In this document: positions 13,187-28,120 of the stretch, piece after piece
How the letters are laid out: each line of letters starts with the position of its first letter
Position numbering within the stretch: the stretch's first letter is position 1
DNA from: Octopus vulgaris
Lineage: Eukaryota
DNA: 64,000 bases
NCBI GenBank assembly: GCA_951406725.2
Contig: OX597819.1
Location: 126,232,001 to 126,296,000, forward strand
Direction: 5' to 3'
The notes under the pieces: model-generated
Told to the model about the DNA's origin: nothing
The model's input: the letters and a program-made list of their open reading frames with translations, nothing else
Database searches by the model: none
Program-made: the position numbers and the translations under genes

Positions 13187-13915
13187 AGTTGTGATTAATG
13201 ATTTATGAAATGGTTCTGAGACTTCAAATGCCAAACAAAAAAAGGCCACCCGTGTCCATAATGTTATTGCTAGAGCTTTGGGTCTGGTCGAAGTGAGACA
13301 ATGAGGGAGAAACAACAACTCTACTAGTAAGTAGCCATCAAGATACTTAACTTCAAACCGAAAAACTTGGTTCGATTGCCCTCAACAGTGTGAATTCTAC
13401 TTAAGGCACACGTGAGTCAAGGTGGGGTGAATTAAAATGGGTAACGTCGATTACCTAGACATTAAATAAGCTGGATTTCAGATATTTTCCAAAAACTAAA
13501 TTTCAAGGTCCCATAGCATGCTTGCCATCTTTGCATAACTATTTGCCGAAGCAGAACAACGATATTTTCATTAAATTCTACTATTTAATTATATAGACTC
13601 CGGAATCTGCTCAACGGCAGCATAAACACTAACAGTATTACGAGCAATCAGTAAAGGAAAAAGTCTCCTACCGTTTAAAATATACAAGAATAGGTTTACT
13701 TGAACGAAGTTGGCCCGCGCCTGGAGCTAAGCAACAACATAATATTCATCCGTTGTCGTCGTCGTGGTCATTGTCATCATCATGGTCGTCATCATCATCA
13801 TCATCATCTTATTGATCTATCATTCACTGGCAATATCTTATCTAAATTTATAAATTACAAATTGCAATTGACATGACTAAAGCCTAAAAAAAAAAGAAAA
13901 ATAAAGCATATATCC

Positions 13916-14238
13916 TGTTGTGTCTGGGGAGAGTCATTCTCTTTTTGTGCCTTATTATGTAACACACTCACCGGTAAAATTTCCACTTTTTTCTTATTTT
14001 TATTGTCCTAAAATTTTCGTTGCGTCTTGCAACCTTTTCAATAGTCAAGACTATTGAAAAGGTTGCAACACGCAACGAAAATTTTAGAAAATAAAAATAA
14101 GAAAAAAAGTGGTAATTTTACCGGTGAGTGTGTTACATAATAAGGCACAAAAAGAGAATGACTCTCCCAAGACACAACAGAATATGCTTCAACACACGAA
14201 CTCATATAAAGAATCATGCAAACCAAATCCCAAAACAA
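13916..14238 (+). mobile_element. Fold-back family E element, copy 1 (U3-A8 hammerhead-like motif)
   Basis: About 130-bp inverted arms plus about 60-bp one-sided tail. TSD aaagcat(a/c)tatcc at 13903-13915 and 14239-14251. Confidence 0.9.
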
Positions 14239-14417
14239 AAAGCATCTATCCATTTATATAAATATGTTAATTGTATAAGTGCTTCAATACTTTTCAAAGT
14301 AAATGCTGAGATATTAAAACAGGTATTTATATAAATGATTACCTCCTCCCTCCCTCCCTCCCTCCCTCCCTGCCTGCCTTCCTCCCTCTCTCCCTCTCCT
14401 TCCCTCCCTCCTTCCCC

Positions 14418-14511
<94 letters not shown>

Positions 14512-14713
14512 GCCTGTCTGTCTGTCTGTCAGTCTATATTTTCTTGTCTGCCTGCCTGGTTGTCTATCTATACTTATGCGCACACACATACACACACACA
14601 CACATACACACACATACACACACACACACACAAGCGCGCGTGTATATATATATTGTGTGTGTGTGTGTAGTTTGAATGTTCGAAATAATATTTTCATATA
14701 GAATTATATGGGA

Positions 14714-14744
<31 letters not shown>

Positions 14745-14775
14745 GTGTGTGTATATATATATACATATATATATA

Positions 14776-14842
<67 letters not shown>

Positions 14843-14899
14843 TTAGAAGTGCTTCTCAATACAAATTTTCATGGTTGCATATGCTTTCATATATGTATA

Positions 14900-15000
<101 letters not shown>

Positions 15001-15579
15001 ATACATTCAAACACGCACACGCTCATTTGTATACAAACACACATACGTACGCACATATATCATTAAATCCTTCACATCAGGCTGACATCACAGAGATTTG
15101 TCGCTGCTGTCCAAATTCCGAATACCCTTGTGTTGAAATTCTGTATCTCTTCTTTTATTTCCGATTTCCTATTTGAAACGGTCAATCTCGAATGTTCTAA
15201 AAGAGTGTATCAATCGATGTTCACTCGGGTTCTTATTGACAATTTCCGGACTCTTGGAACCGAATACTTCGTCAATCATAACACAATATTCCACATTTCA
15301 GAAAGTCATACGTACTTACTTAATAACCATGCGTTACAGTACGCATACATATGTTCAAATCTATGCACATACGCACTCACAGACAAGCATACACATACAC
15401 ACACACACTTACATATGCGTGTACGTGCGTGTGTATACAATGCATAGAATGTATATAAATACATAAACACACACACATATATGCATATATACGCACGCAT
15501 AATTTATGTATACGTACATAAATAAATACACATATATGAATATATATGCGCATATATACATATACACGCGCACATGTAT

Positions 15580-15640
<61 letters not shown>

Positions 15641-16384
15641 CTTATATATATATATATGTATATATATACATGTATATATGTATATATACTTATATATACA
15701 TATATATATTTACATATATATATATGTATATATATACATGTATATATGTATATATACTTATATATACATATATATATTTACATATATATATATGTATATA
15801 TATACATGTATAAATGTATATATACTTATATATATGTATATATATATTTATACACACATCTATACAAGTATATATATATATGTATATGTGTGTGTGCATG
15901 TAATGTATGCATAAATGTAACTATATGTATGTATATATATTCGTACACACACTACACACACACAAACACACGCACCATGCACACACTATTATTATTGGCA
16001 ATCGGTTTACAGAGCTGATATTGTGATCCTAGGTAATCCCTTTCATATTTTGTGTGGAACTTAAATATGTATACATATCTTTTTCCTCTAGAGAGGAGTC
16101 AAAATGCGGAAATGATATGATGTTCTACGATAGAAGGAGGTGAAAGGGTTTAGTATATACTTTGATGCTAGGATTTGGGATTCACGATCACAAGGCCCTC
16201 AGTTCGATTTACGGACCAGGCAGTGCATTGTTCCCTTCCGTGAATAACGAATGGCTGCCTTGTGCAGGGACACACTTTCTCAGTGTGACTGTCGGTTTCA
16301 GTGAGAAAGTTCTGCTGCCACCAGGTTTGGAAGAAGGGTGGGACGATTTTCTATGTGCTCTCGGCACTACACATTTACAAAGAG

Positions 16385-16797
16385 TTGGGAGTGGCTGTGT
16401 GGTAAGTAGCTTGCTAACCAACCACATGGTTCCGGGTTCAGTCCCACTGCGTGGCATCTTGGGCAAGTGTCTTCTGCTATAGCCTCGGGCCGACCAATGC
16501 CTTGTGAGTGGATTTGGTAGACGGAAACTGAAAGAAGCCTGTCGTATATATGTATATATATATATATGTATGTGTGTGTATGTGTTTGTGTGTCTGTGTT
16601 TGTCTCCCTAGCATTGCTTGACAACTGATGCTGGTGTGTTTATGTCCCGGTCACTTAGCGATTCGGCAAACGAGACCGATAGAATAAGTACTGGACTTAC
16701 AAAGAATAAGTCCCGGGGTCGATTTGCTCGACTAAAGGCGGTGCTCCAGCATGGCCGCAGTCAAATGACTGAAACAAGTAAAAGAGAAAAAGAAAAG
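16385..16797 (+). mobile_element. SINE family A, full length
   Basis: A box tggctgtgtgg, B box gggttcagtccc, internal TA/TG microsatellite, CR1-like tail. Confidence 0.9.
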
Positions 16798-16969
16798 AAT
16801 ATGTCTACATACATATGTTATGTCGCACGTTCGGATGCCTCTACTACTCTCTACTCCTGCTCTACTCTGACTGCTACTCTACCTCTGACTGCTACTCCCG
16901 ACGTCTTGACTTCTCCCTCTATATCTACGTATTGGGCTAGCCTACTTCATCGTCTGGGGGCGTCCACAC

Positions 16970-16985
16970 AACATACATATATACA

Positions 16986-17018
<33 letters not shown>

Positions 17019-18098
17019 GCATGCATGCATGCATGCATACATGCATACATACATACATACATACATGCATGCATGGATACATACATACATACATACATGC
17101 ATACATACATCCATCCATCCATCCATCCATGGATACATACATACATACACACACACATACATACATGCATACATACATACATACATGCATACATACATAC
17201 ACACATACATACATAAATGCATACATACATACATACATGCATGCATACATACATACATACATCTATCCATCCAGACATACATACATGCATACATACATAC
17301 ATACATACATACATACATACATACATACATACATACATACATACATACATACATACATACATACATACATACATGCATGCATACATACATACATACATCT
17401 ATCCATCCAGACATACATACATGCATACATACATACATACATACATACATGCATACATACATACACACATACATACATAAATGCATACATACATACATAC
17501 ATGCATGCATACATACATACATACATCTATCCATCCAGACATACATACATGCATACATACATACATACATACATACATACATACATACATACATACATAC
17601 ATACATACATACATACATACATACATACATACATACATACATCCATACGTCCATACATACATGCATACATACATACATCCATCCATCCATCCATCCATAC
17701 ATACATACATACATACATGCATACATACATACATACATGCATACATACATGCATACATACATACATACATACATGCATACATACATGCATACATACATAC
17801 ATACATGCATACATACATACATACATACATGCATACATACATACATACATGCATACATACATACATACATACACACATACATACATGCATACATACATAC
17901 ATACATACATACATACATACATACATACATACATACATACATACATGCATACATACATCCTCCATCCATCCATCCATACATACATACATACATGCATACA
18001 TACATATATTACATCCATCCATCCATCCATCCATCCATATATACATACATACATACATGCATACATACATACATGCATACATACATACATGGATACAT
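16970..18098. repeat. (CATA)n microsatellite with higher-order internal duplications
   Basis: The variant block acatctatccatccagac recurs at about 17260, 17395 and 17523. Confidence 0.9.
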
Positions 18099-18242
18099 AA
18101 AAACATTTTAAACTTGAGCAAAGTCTTGCATATCTTTACCCTTCCACAACAATATCAGGTCAGTTATGTTTACACTTGACAAATGTTTTCATGGGAATGT
18201 TCCACCAGTTTTCCTGGTCTCTATGTTTGTGTATGTTTTCAA

Positions 18243-18273
<31 letters not shown>

Positions 18274-18999
18274 TGTATGTATGTATGTATGTATGTATGT
18301 ATGTATGTATGTATGTATGTATGTATGTATATATGTATGTATGTATGTATATATGTATGTATGTATGTATGTATATATGTATGTATATATGTATGAATAT
18401 ATGTATGTATGTATATATGTATGTATATATGTATGTATGTATGTATGTGCTATGCAAACTAGTCAGCTGTGACGAGTAGAGTTTAGTAGGGTGCATTCAA
18501 AGTGCTATTACCACCGTCAATCTGCGATGGCAAAAGTTGGCAGGTCAGCTTATTTGATGTATAGTAGCGATATTCTTAAATTACAATAATCTAGGACAGT
18601 TATAAATGTCTCTCCTGAAAAAGTCTCAACCTTCTGGAACGCACATCGTTTATATATGCATGTGTGCATAAGTACACATGTATAAACGCGCGCACTCATA
18701 CACACACACACACACACACACACATACACACACAGACACACACATGCATAACTTCCTTCTACAGAAACTCCCTCTCTCTCTCTCAAATGTTCTGCAAACG
18801 TAATATATTTGAATAAAATGTATGAATGCATGTGAGTGATTATGTATACCTGTGTGGCTTGTGTATTTATAATATACTACAAACACACAAGCCACAAAGA
18901 CACACAGTTCCATACTCGTAGAGTTATGTGTGAAATAAGTTCATTAAAGACACATATAGACACTGACCTAACCTATGTACACCGTTATAGTTGTACCTT

Positions 19000-19425
19000 A
19001 AAATCTTCAAAGCCACAGTCGAACCAATTCTACTATATGGCTCAGAAAGCTGGACGTTATCAAAGAAGTTTGAGAGGCGGTTGGATGGAACTTAAACTCG
19101 CCTCCTTATGAGAGCTCAAAATATCTCGTGGAAGCGTCATCCAACCAAAGTACAAATATATGGGAAATTACCATCTGTATCATCTCTTGTGAAAGGTAGA
19201 AGAATCCAGTTTGCTGGACATTGTTGTAGAGCTGAAAACGAGGCAATTTCTCCTCTTCTCCTCAGGAAGCCATCTGCTCGCAGATGGGACATTCCAGAGG
19301 GCGCACACTCTCCTACTCTGATGTAATCTCCAGGGATACAGGCATCCAGCAACAGGACCTCCGTAATGCTATGATGGACCGTGAAGTCTGGCGTAACATA
19401 GTAAATTCCATTGTCTCGACCCCAT
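19000..19425 (+). mobile_element. RTE-clade LINE 3' fragment
   Basis: Translates to VEPILLYGSESWTL...RLLMRAQNISWKRHPT...RRIQFAGHCCR, with stops and frameshifts. Confidence 0.85.
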
Positions 19426-19800
19426 GATGTACCGGGGTCTTTTCTTTATGAAACTGTATAACACTATTATGAAACTGGGAAAATTCTTTCATCGAAACTG
19501 GAATGTCCCTTTGGCGCTGAAGCAGAAGTAATGTAATGCAGTTTGCATGACAATACACTGTCGTCGTTGAGACTGTCCTCCTATATATCTAGAGGTCTTG
19601 TGTTACTTGCTTCCGCATTTCTGACGATCTAATATCACATTTCCTACACGGCTTATTTTGTGTGTGAGTAGTTACGTTATGTCCATGTTCCTGATCCTCT
19701 CTCCGCCGTTCTGTTTTGCTGTCTTTCTTCAACCCTCTCATCACACACACACATATGTGTTGTTAAAGTATCATGAAAACATAAAACTATTAGTAGCTCT

Positions 19801-20131
19801 ATTGTGTCTGGGGAGAGTCATTTTCTTTTTGTGCCTTATAATGTAACACACTCACCGGTAAAATTTCCATGTTTTTCTTATTTTTATTTTCCTAACATTT
19901 TCTTCGCATCTTGCAACCTTTTCAACCTTTTGAGAGTCAAAACTACTGAAAAGGTTGCAAGATGCAACGAAAATTTTAGGACAATAAAAATAAGAAAACG
20001 TGGAAATTTTACCGGTGAGTGTGTTACATTATAAGGCACAAAAAGAAAATTACTCTCCCCAGACAGAATAGAATATGTTTCAACACACGAACTCATGTAA
20101 AGAATCTTGCAAACCAAATCCCAAAACGAAA
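19801..20131 (+). mobile_element. Fold-back family E element, copy 2
   Basis: Same palindrome plus tail. Perfect 13-bp TSD tattagtagctct at 19788-19800 and 20132-20144. Confidence 0.92.
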
Positions 20132-20216
20132 TATTAGTAGCTCTTTCGGTCATGTATTTAATTGATATTTACCTCTCACTGGATTGAGTACTTTTTAAGT
20201 TGATTCTACCGATATT

Positions 20217-20330
<114 letters not shown>

Positions 20331-20344
20331 GTATGTATATATAT

Positions 20345-20560
20345 ATTAGAAGGTTTGGAGATGGTGTACAGGAATTATATATTAGAAGAAATGAGGTACT
20401 CAGAAATCTGGATGGTTTTATACTTACAGATATTTATTAGTATGTTACATGTTTTATAAATCATATATCATATATCATATATTTGCGCTTTCGTCCACTC
20501 TAGTGGAGTTGTCAAATTGAACTTTTGCAGGAATTTTGTCTCTTTTTATAGTATTATTGA
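20345..20560 (-). mobile_element. Penelope-like terminal remnant with U3-A8 hammerhead-like motif
   Basis: Minus strand 20481-20517 reads ttgacaa-ctccact-ag-agtggac-gaaa-gcgc, followed by aataaa. Adjoins TA/TG repeats. Confidence 0.5.
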
Positions 20561-20844
20561 GTGTACAGGTGTAGAGAGAAATATAAGATAGTACAAGAGG
20601 GTGAGGAATGGGAAGAAAGTGAGAGAGAGAGCGTGTGTTTGTGTGTGTGTGCGTGTGTGTATTTGTATCTGAAATGAGTGTTAAAGAAAAAGAGAAGGAA
20701 AAGAAGAAGGAGAGAAAAGAAAAAAATTGTTGATATCTTTGCAGCTGGTCCAGGTTGACCATATAAACGTATATATACGGCGCAAATGAATTATGTTTGT
20801 ATATATATGCGTGCGCGTGCGTGCACACATGCACATCTGTGTGC

Positions 20845-21001
20845 AGGTGTGACTGTGCAGTACGAAGCTTGCTTCCAACCACATGGTTCCGGGTTCAGTC
20901 CTATTGCGTGGTACCATGGGTAAGTGCCTTCTACTATAGCATCGAGTCGACCAAAGCCTTGTGAGTGGATTTGGTAGACGGAAACTGAAAGAAGCCCGTC
21001 G

Positions 21002-21081
<80 letters not shown>

Positions 21082-21245
21082 TGTTTGTCTCCCAATCATC
21101 GCTTGATAACCGGTGTTGGGGTTTTTACGTCCTCCTAAGTTAGCTGTTCGGCAAAAAGTGACCGATCGAATAAGTACTAGGCTTACAAAGAATATGTTCT
21201 GGGGTCGACTTTTCCGACTAAAGGCGGTGCTCCAGAATGGTCACA
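20845..21245 (+). mobile_element. SINE family A
   Basis: Homologous to the 16385 copy. Confidence 0.88.
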
Positions 21246-21283
21246 TATTGAAATATGTGTATATATATATATGTATGTACGTG

Positions 21284-21322
<39 letters not shown>

Positions 21323-22228
21323 AGCCGTAGAAACACTGCCAGATTTGACTGGGCCTGATGAAGCCTTCTGGCTTCACAGACCCCAGTAGAACCGTTCAAC
21401 CCATGCTAGCGTGGAGAGCGGACGCTAAACGATGATGATGATGATGATGATATATATATAACGTGTGTGTATGTGTGTGTTTGAGATAAATAGATAGATA
21501 GAGAGAGAGAGAAAGAGAGAAAGGAGGAGAGAGAAGGAGAGGGAGGAAGCGAGAGAGAGAGGAAGAGAGAGAGGAAGAGAGAGAGGAGGAGAGAGAGAGG
21601 AAGAGAGAGACGAGAAATAGGAGAGAGGGAGATGTTAAAAATAATACTAGGTAGTATTTGGTTACGCTCTTGTTACATCTCTTTACGCCAAGTTTGTCTT
21701 TACCGTTCCACCTTAAAAACTGTATAAAATAAATAAGCAGACAGCGACAAAAACTTGTAAAAAGAATAGAAATAGTAAAAGAAATGGAATATAAACTTGT
21801 TAGATATAATTTATTGCAAAGAACTGTCACACTGAATGTATATATTGCATGCATATGACACAATATATCTTTTGACAAATGCTTATTTGCTTTTGATAAC
21901 AAATATATATATTCTTTCTCACTGTCTACTTTTCCTCCATATCTCTCAATCTCTTTCTCTATCCACATTTATGCATACATCCTTACCTCTCAATCAATGC
22001 GCAAAACTAATGCTATACGAGTTAATTTATCTACAACGCATTGAACATGCTATAAAATTATCATGGAGTTTAAATCTGAAACAGAAGTACTTCTGCTTTA
22101 GAGTTGACTGTATTTTTCGCGACATAGATATCCATGTTTGTAATTGTGTTCAATAAAGTCATACAGAAAACATTTTTTTCAAATTCTTGGTTGTTATATA
22201 ATGAAAACCATCTCTCTTTATCTTTCAG

Positions 22229-22343
22229 GATAAAACTTTTGCACGACTTTCACTCATGAGGACAACGTTTTGCGGAAAAAGAAGTTCATTTGTTACTCAC
22301 CAAAAATACAGAAATCTGAGAACTCATAAGCGGATTGTCGGAG
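22229..22343 (+). CDS. Candidate exon of an S1 serine protease (activation-site region)
   Basis: Strong acceptor tctctctttatctttcag, then open frame DKTFARLSLMRTTFCGKRSSFVTHQKYRNLRTHKRIVG(G), then donor GAG|gtacag. No catalytic-domain exons were found. Confidence 0.3.
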
Positions 22344-22555
22344 GTACAGAGCCATCGCTTAATGGATTCATTACCATACTGGATTATTATTCATTTATAA
22401 TTACAAATTGAAGTTGTTCGCAAAACCTCTGATTACAACTGTGTGTGGTTCTTGCTCGTCATCTCGATATAATGTTGTGTTCTTGACACATCTTTGCCCA
22501 CCTGTATACCTGTATACCTGTATACCACCTGTATACCTGTATACCATATGCAAGC

Positions 22556-22630
<75 letters not shown>

Positions 22631-23723
22631 GCAACAACAACAACAACACCTTCATGCATTTTATAACCTGAAGTAAAAACTTCGGGGTTTTTTTTTTTTT
22701 ACATAATAAATGAATATACCGTATTCTGGATATGCATTCAATTACAAATAATATGTACTAAACAGATTATATACTAAACACACAAAATCACACACACTCA
22801 CACATATATGTATGTGCTTATAACGATTCATGAAGTGATAGAAAAGCCAACAGCATCAAAGCAAAAAGCATTTTTAAATGACCCAAAGTCCAAATTTGCA
22901 AAATGATGTATCTACAGAAATGACCAAACAGAAATGAAGACTACTCGGTTAAATGGATTAGTTCTTAAATTTTCAATGATGAAAATAATGCCCATTTTCA
23001 GAAAGTCATCAACGCAAACGGATATACTATAAAAATTAAAACCACACGTCCTTATTTCCATATTTACATTACTCAAAACAACGTCTTTATCACAAGATTC
23101 TATCAAATTCGATCGAATCGTCAGTAAGCAAAGAATCATATATTTCTGAACGTGTGCGTAAATACACTGAAATACATACACACACACATAGATACATACA
23201 TACATATACACACGCACAAACACACACATACACACGCTTACACACGCATACACACACACAAACCTACGCGCGCGCACACGTCAAGAAAAGGTGTCTCTGA
23301 TTGCGAATTCATCATAGATTTTATTGGATTTCATCTAATATTTATTTGATTAAATATCGTTTCATCAACAATTTCATTCAATTTTTTTTCTTTATGTGGA
23401 AACTTTGAACGTAAAGAGGATCTGGAGTATGAATACATATGAAATTTATCAAGACGGTAAGTTGAATATTTTTTTTTCTTTTTCAAATACTTATAAAAAA
23501 AAAATTGCATTAAAAACAAAACTGTCTTTTAATAAGTGTTGCAGAATAAGCTTTTTTCCGTTTTCATCTTATTTTAGCAATCGACTCTCATAAACTTATA
23601 TTAAATAATGCCACACGGAAAAACCTTATTCTCATCACGGTTTCTATCTACCTACCTACCTACCTACCTACCTACCTATCTACCTACCTACCTACCTACC
23701 TACCTACCTACCTACCTACCTAC

Positions 23724-23813
<90 letters not shown>

Positions 23814-23876
23814 GCTTGTCTGTCTGTTTGTCTTCCACTCTCTCATTCTCTCTGTCTGTCTGTCTATATATCTCTA

Positions 23877-23920
<44 letters not shown>

Positions 23921-23946
23921 CATGTATATATATATACACACGTATA

Positions 23947-24001
<55 letters not shown>

Positions 24002-24845
24002 AGGTGTATGTACATAAAAATATACATATATATATATACATATGCATGAAAATATGTGTGCATAAACAAATATTCGTATATATACAAATATACATATACA
24101 CATATATGTGTATATATGCACACACACACACACGCATGCACGATCGTAAATATATATATATATAAATATATATGTGTGTGTGTATGTGTGTGTGAGTGTG
24201 TGTGTGTGTGTACATAAATTTGTATTAGTGAATATGTACGTACACACATCACATAGTGACCCGCTGCTTCCATAGGGGTTCACAGAAACACTGTATAAAC
24301 TAATTTAAAACACACACATACACACATACACACGCATATACATACGCACACATACACACGTACAATCACGCATACATACGCCCATATATACATTTATATA
24401 TGTATACATAATTTACAAAAATGCAGGTGGGTGCAAAGAAGGCACATAGATAAGGCAACACAAGCAGAGATATACATATAAGTATGATCGCGCAAACGAG
24501 TTATGTGGATCTCGAGTCGACGTCTTGGTTTCCAAGTTTACGCATGACTTAACAATTAATACGTGGGGAAATATAAAAAGTTTCATTCATACAGAATTCT
24601 ATATGTTAATGTAAGGATTAGGAATGTATTGTGTTCATACGTTCATATATGCTACAAATGCACGCAAATATATATACATACACAGACACACACATGTATG
24701 CATATGCATACATACATACATACATACATACAGAGACATACACACATATATATATATGTATATATATGCGTATATAGACATACATTTATGGACATATGCT
24801 TTCGCACAAATACACACATTATATATATATATATATATATATCAG

Positions 24846-24950
<105 letters not shown>

Positions 24951-25071
24951 TTTCCTACTTATTACCTGTCTAAGTATCGCTCTTTTCGTCTATCTATCTA
25001 TTATCTATCCATCCACATAAGAGATAGATTGAATTTTTCTATCGTATATATATAAAAGGGATACATACACG

Positions 25072-25152
<81 letters not shown>

Positions 25153-25199
25153 TTATATATATATACATATACATATGTATATATGCATGTGCGTGTTTG

Positions 25200-25239
<40 letters not shown>

Positions 25240-25346
25240 TAGATACATACATACATACATACATACATAAATAGATAGACAAACATATAGATATATAGCG
25301 AGATAGATAGTTAGATAAATAGATTGACAAATAGATAGATTGACAA

Positions 25347-25430
<84 letters not shown>

Positions 25431-26067
25431 AAAGATAGATAGATAGGTAAATAGATAGATAGTGTCGATTATCCATAGAATTTTGGACACATTGATTCTC
25501 CTACTATTTATATAAAGTATAGATACATATTTTTTAGTAACAAAGGGATTTGTATAAATGTCCTAATTGTTCAGTGGCTGTAAGACCTTGATACGTCTAG
25601 ACGCTACACACCGTTTCCATTTCTCCACCCCTTCGACAGCTCCGTCTGCTGTTCACATACGCTTTGTTTCTTTCTTAAGTATACGCATACCCCCTATCTC
25701 TCTCTCTCTCTCCCATTGACTTTCTCTCTGCCTGTCTGTCTGTCTGTCTCTGTCTCTCTCTCTGTCTGCATGTCTGTTTGCCTGCCTACCTATCAGCCTG
25801 CCTTACCTGTCTGTCTGTCGGGCTGTGTGTTTCTTTGCCTGTTTCTTTTCCTCTTGGTGTTTTCTGGGAACATACAAAAGAAACCTTTTTCTATACTTCT
25901 CAGCAACTTGTTTCTGACGTGGTCATCTGTTTAAGTAATCGCAAGAGAAACCTATTGCTCAGGGTCATTGATGTGTACACACGCACACGCGCGCCAGCTC
26001 ATTCATGAATAAGAATATATTTATTTCAACTTACGTACAAATACATACTTATGTATGTAGGCGTGTT

Positions 26068-26125
<58 letters not shown>

Positions 26126-26175
26126 CATACATACATATAATATATATATATATATATGTATGTACGTGTGTATAC

Positions 26176-26242
<67 letters not shown>

Positions 26243-26323
26243 CATACATATATATGTGTGAACATTATGTAGCAAGCCATAGAAAAGTTTTTGTCCGTCT
26301 TGAGGCTGATTGATTTTCTTTGT

Positions 26324-26406
26324 CTTTCCTGATGAGAAGACGGCATAATGCACACCTTGTTCCTTCAGAATTAAGAATATGCAGTCTTCGAAACATGTGT
26401 TGAAAG
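26324..26406 (+). ncRNA. Type I hammerhead ribozyme motif (family F element, about 26260-26550)
   Basis: Stem I ctttc/gaaag; core CUGAUGA; stem II gaagac-g-gcata/tatgc-a-gtcttc; GAAA; stem III AC-augu-GU; cleavage triplet GUU. Confidence 0.8.
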
Positions 26407-26582
26407 TAAAGGAATTGTGTTAAAATCTTCGTTCGACTCCATTCTTTTATTCATTTTAAATAATACACAAATTACCACACAAGAACATGGGGTTTCTACC
26501 CTTGGCATGTTGCTTCAACCGTGTTTTCTGACGTGAATTTTTTCTACATACTTTATATATATTATATATTATATATTATATA

Positions 26583-26687
<105 letters not shown>

Positions 26688-26749
26688 GCTACCTTTTAGG
26701 TATCGATTAACCGAATTATCAATACTAAGATAATTCATTCACATACATA

Positions 26750-26907
<158 letters not shown>

Positions 26908-26969
26908 TACATATATGTGTCAGTATTTGATTGATATGTATATATATGACATGCATGCATATATTATTT

Positions 26970-27196
26970 ATTCTTTTATTCTTTTACATGTGTCAGTCAT
27001 TTGACTGCGGCCATGCTGAAGCACTACCTTTAGTAGAACAAATCGACCCCATGACTTATTCTGTGTAAGCCTAGTACTTATTTTATCGGGCTCTTTTGCC
27101 GAACAGCTAAGTTACGGGGGTGTAAACACATCAACATCGGTTGTCAAGTGATGGTGGAGGGACAAACACAGACACAGACACAAATACATATGTTTA

Positions 27197-27263
<67 letters not shown>

Positions 27264-27412
27264 GACGGGTTTCTTTTAGTTTCCGTTTACCAAATCCACT
27301 CACAAGGCTTTGGTCGGCCCGAGGCTACAGAAGAAGACATTTGCCCAAGGTACTACGCAGTGGGACTGAACCCGGAACCATGTGGTTGGGAAACAAGCTT
27401 CATACCACACAA
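26970..27412 (-). mobile_element. SINE family A
   Basis: Reverse-strand match to family A. Confidence 0.88.
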
Positions 27413-27522
27413 GGCCCTTTTAAATTTTCGTCAGTTTTCTTAACATTTTATATATTTTACATATATTTCGTGAAGCTTATTTCTGTTTACTTTTTCTGTG
27501 TCTTTTCTGTTTTTACTCTTGG

Positions 27523-27747
27523 TTGGAATGGGCCGCATTCACATTCAAGCCATTTAACTGTACGACTCTGAAGGAGTTTTTGAAAACAGAGGCAGATGCA
27601 GTAAATTATTTGCAAGAAAATGGTGTTATCCTTAAAAAAGAAAAAAAGTGCAGTAAATCTAGGTACAACATGATTAAGAAAGTGGTTCGTGAAAATTTGT
27701 ACTGGCGGTGCACTCGCAATGGTTGCAACAAATGCCTGTCAGTTTAA
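27523..27747 (+). pseudogene. Merlin/IS1016-like transposase N-terminal fragment
   Basis: TEADAVNYLQENGVIL...C...LYWRCTRNGCNKCLSV resembles the zinc-ribbon N-terminus of Merlin/ISXO2 transposases. Truncated; no DDE domain seen. Confidence 0.55.
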
Positions 27748-28009
27748 ACCCGGGTCCGGTCAGAATGAGCCATTCTGTATTTTTATTGAAGGTGTAGGGC
27801 AATATTATTCAATGTCCTTCATTTTTAAAATGTTAGAGCTTAGTGTGATGAAGATTTGGTTGTTATTTCTAGCAAATTGAATAACCACACAGAGATTACC
27901 TCGTTGGCTAATTTGATGATGTGTATAAGTAAACAAAAACTAAAAGAAAAGGATCTTCATCTGTTTCTAGGATGATCACTCCAGTTGTGTGATCAACCGA
28001 ACTGGTTAC

Positions 28010-28120
28010 ACATTCAACTGATACTTATTTTACCAACCCTCAAAGGATGAAAGGCAAAGTCAGCCTAGGTGGAATTTGAACTCAGAATGGGCTAATGACT
28101 CTGTCAGCTTGTAGTCTTAT
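28010..28120 (-). mobile_element. SINE family B fragment
   Basis: aaggatgaaaggcaaagtcagcctaggtggaatttgaactcagaa. Confidence 0.65.

Noticed and set aside
13916-14238. MITE or pre-miRNA reading of the family E hairpin
   Set aside because: One-sided tail, variable 10-13 bp TSDs, variable centre and hammerhead-like motif fit a Penelope-type insertion better.
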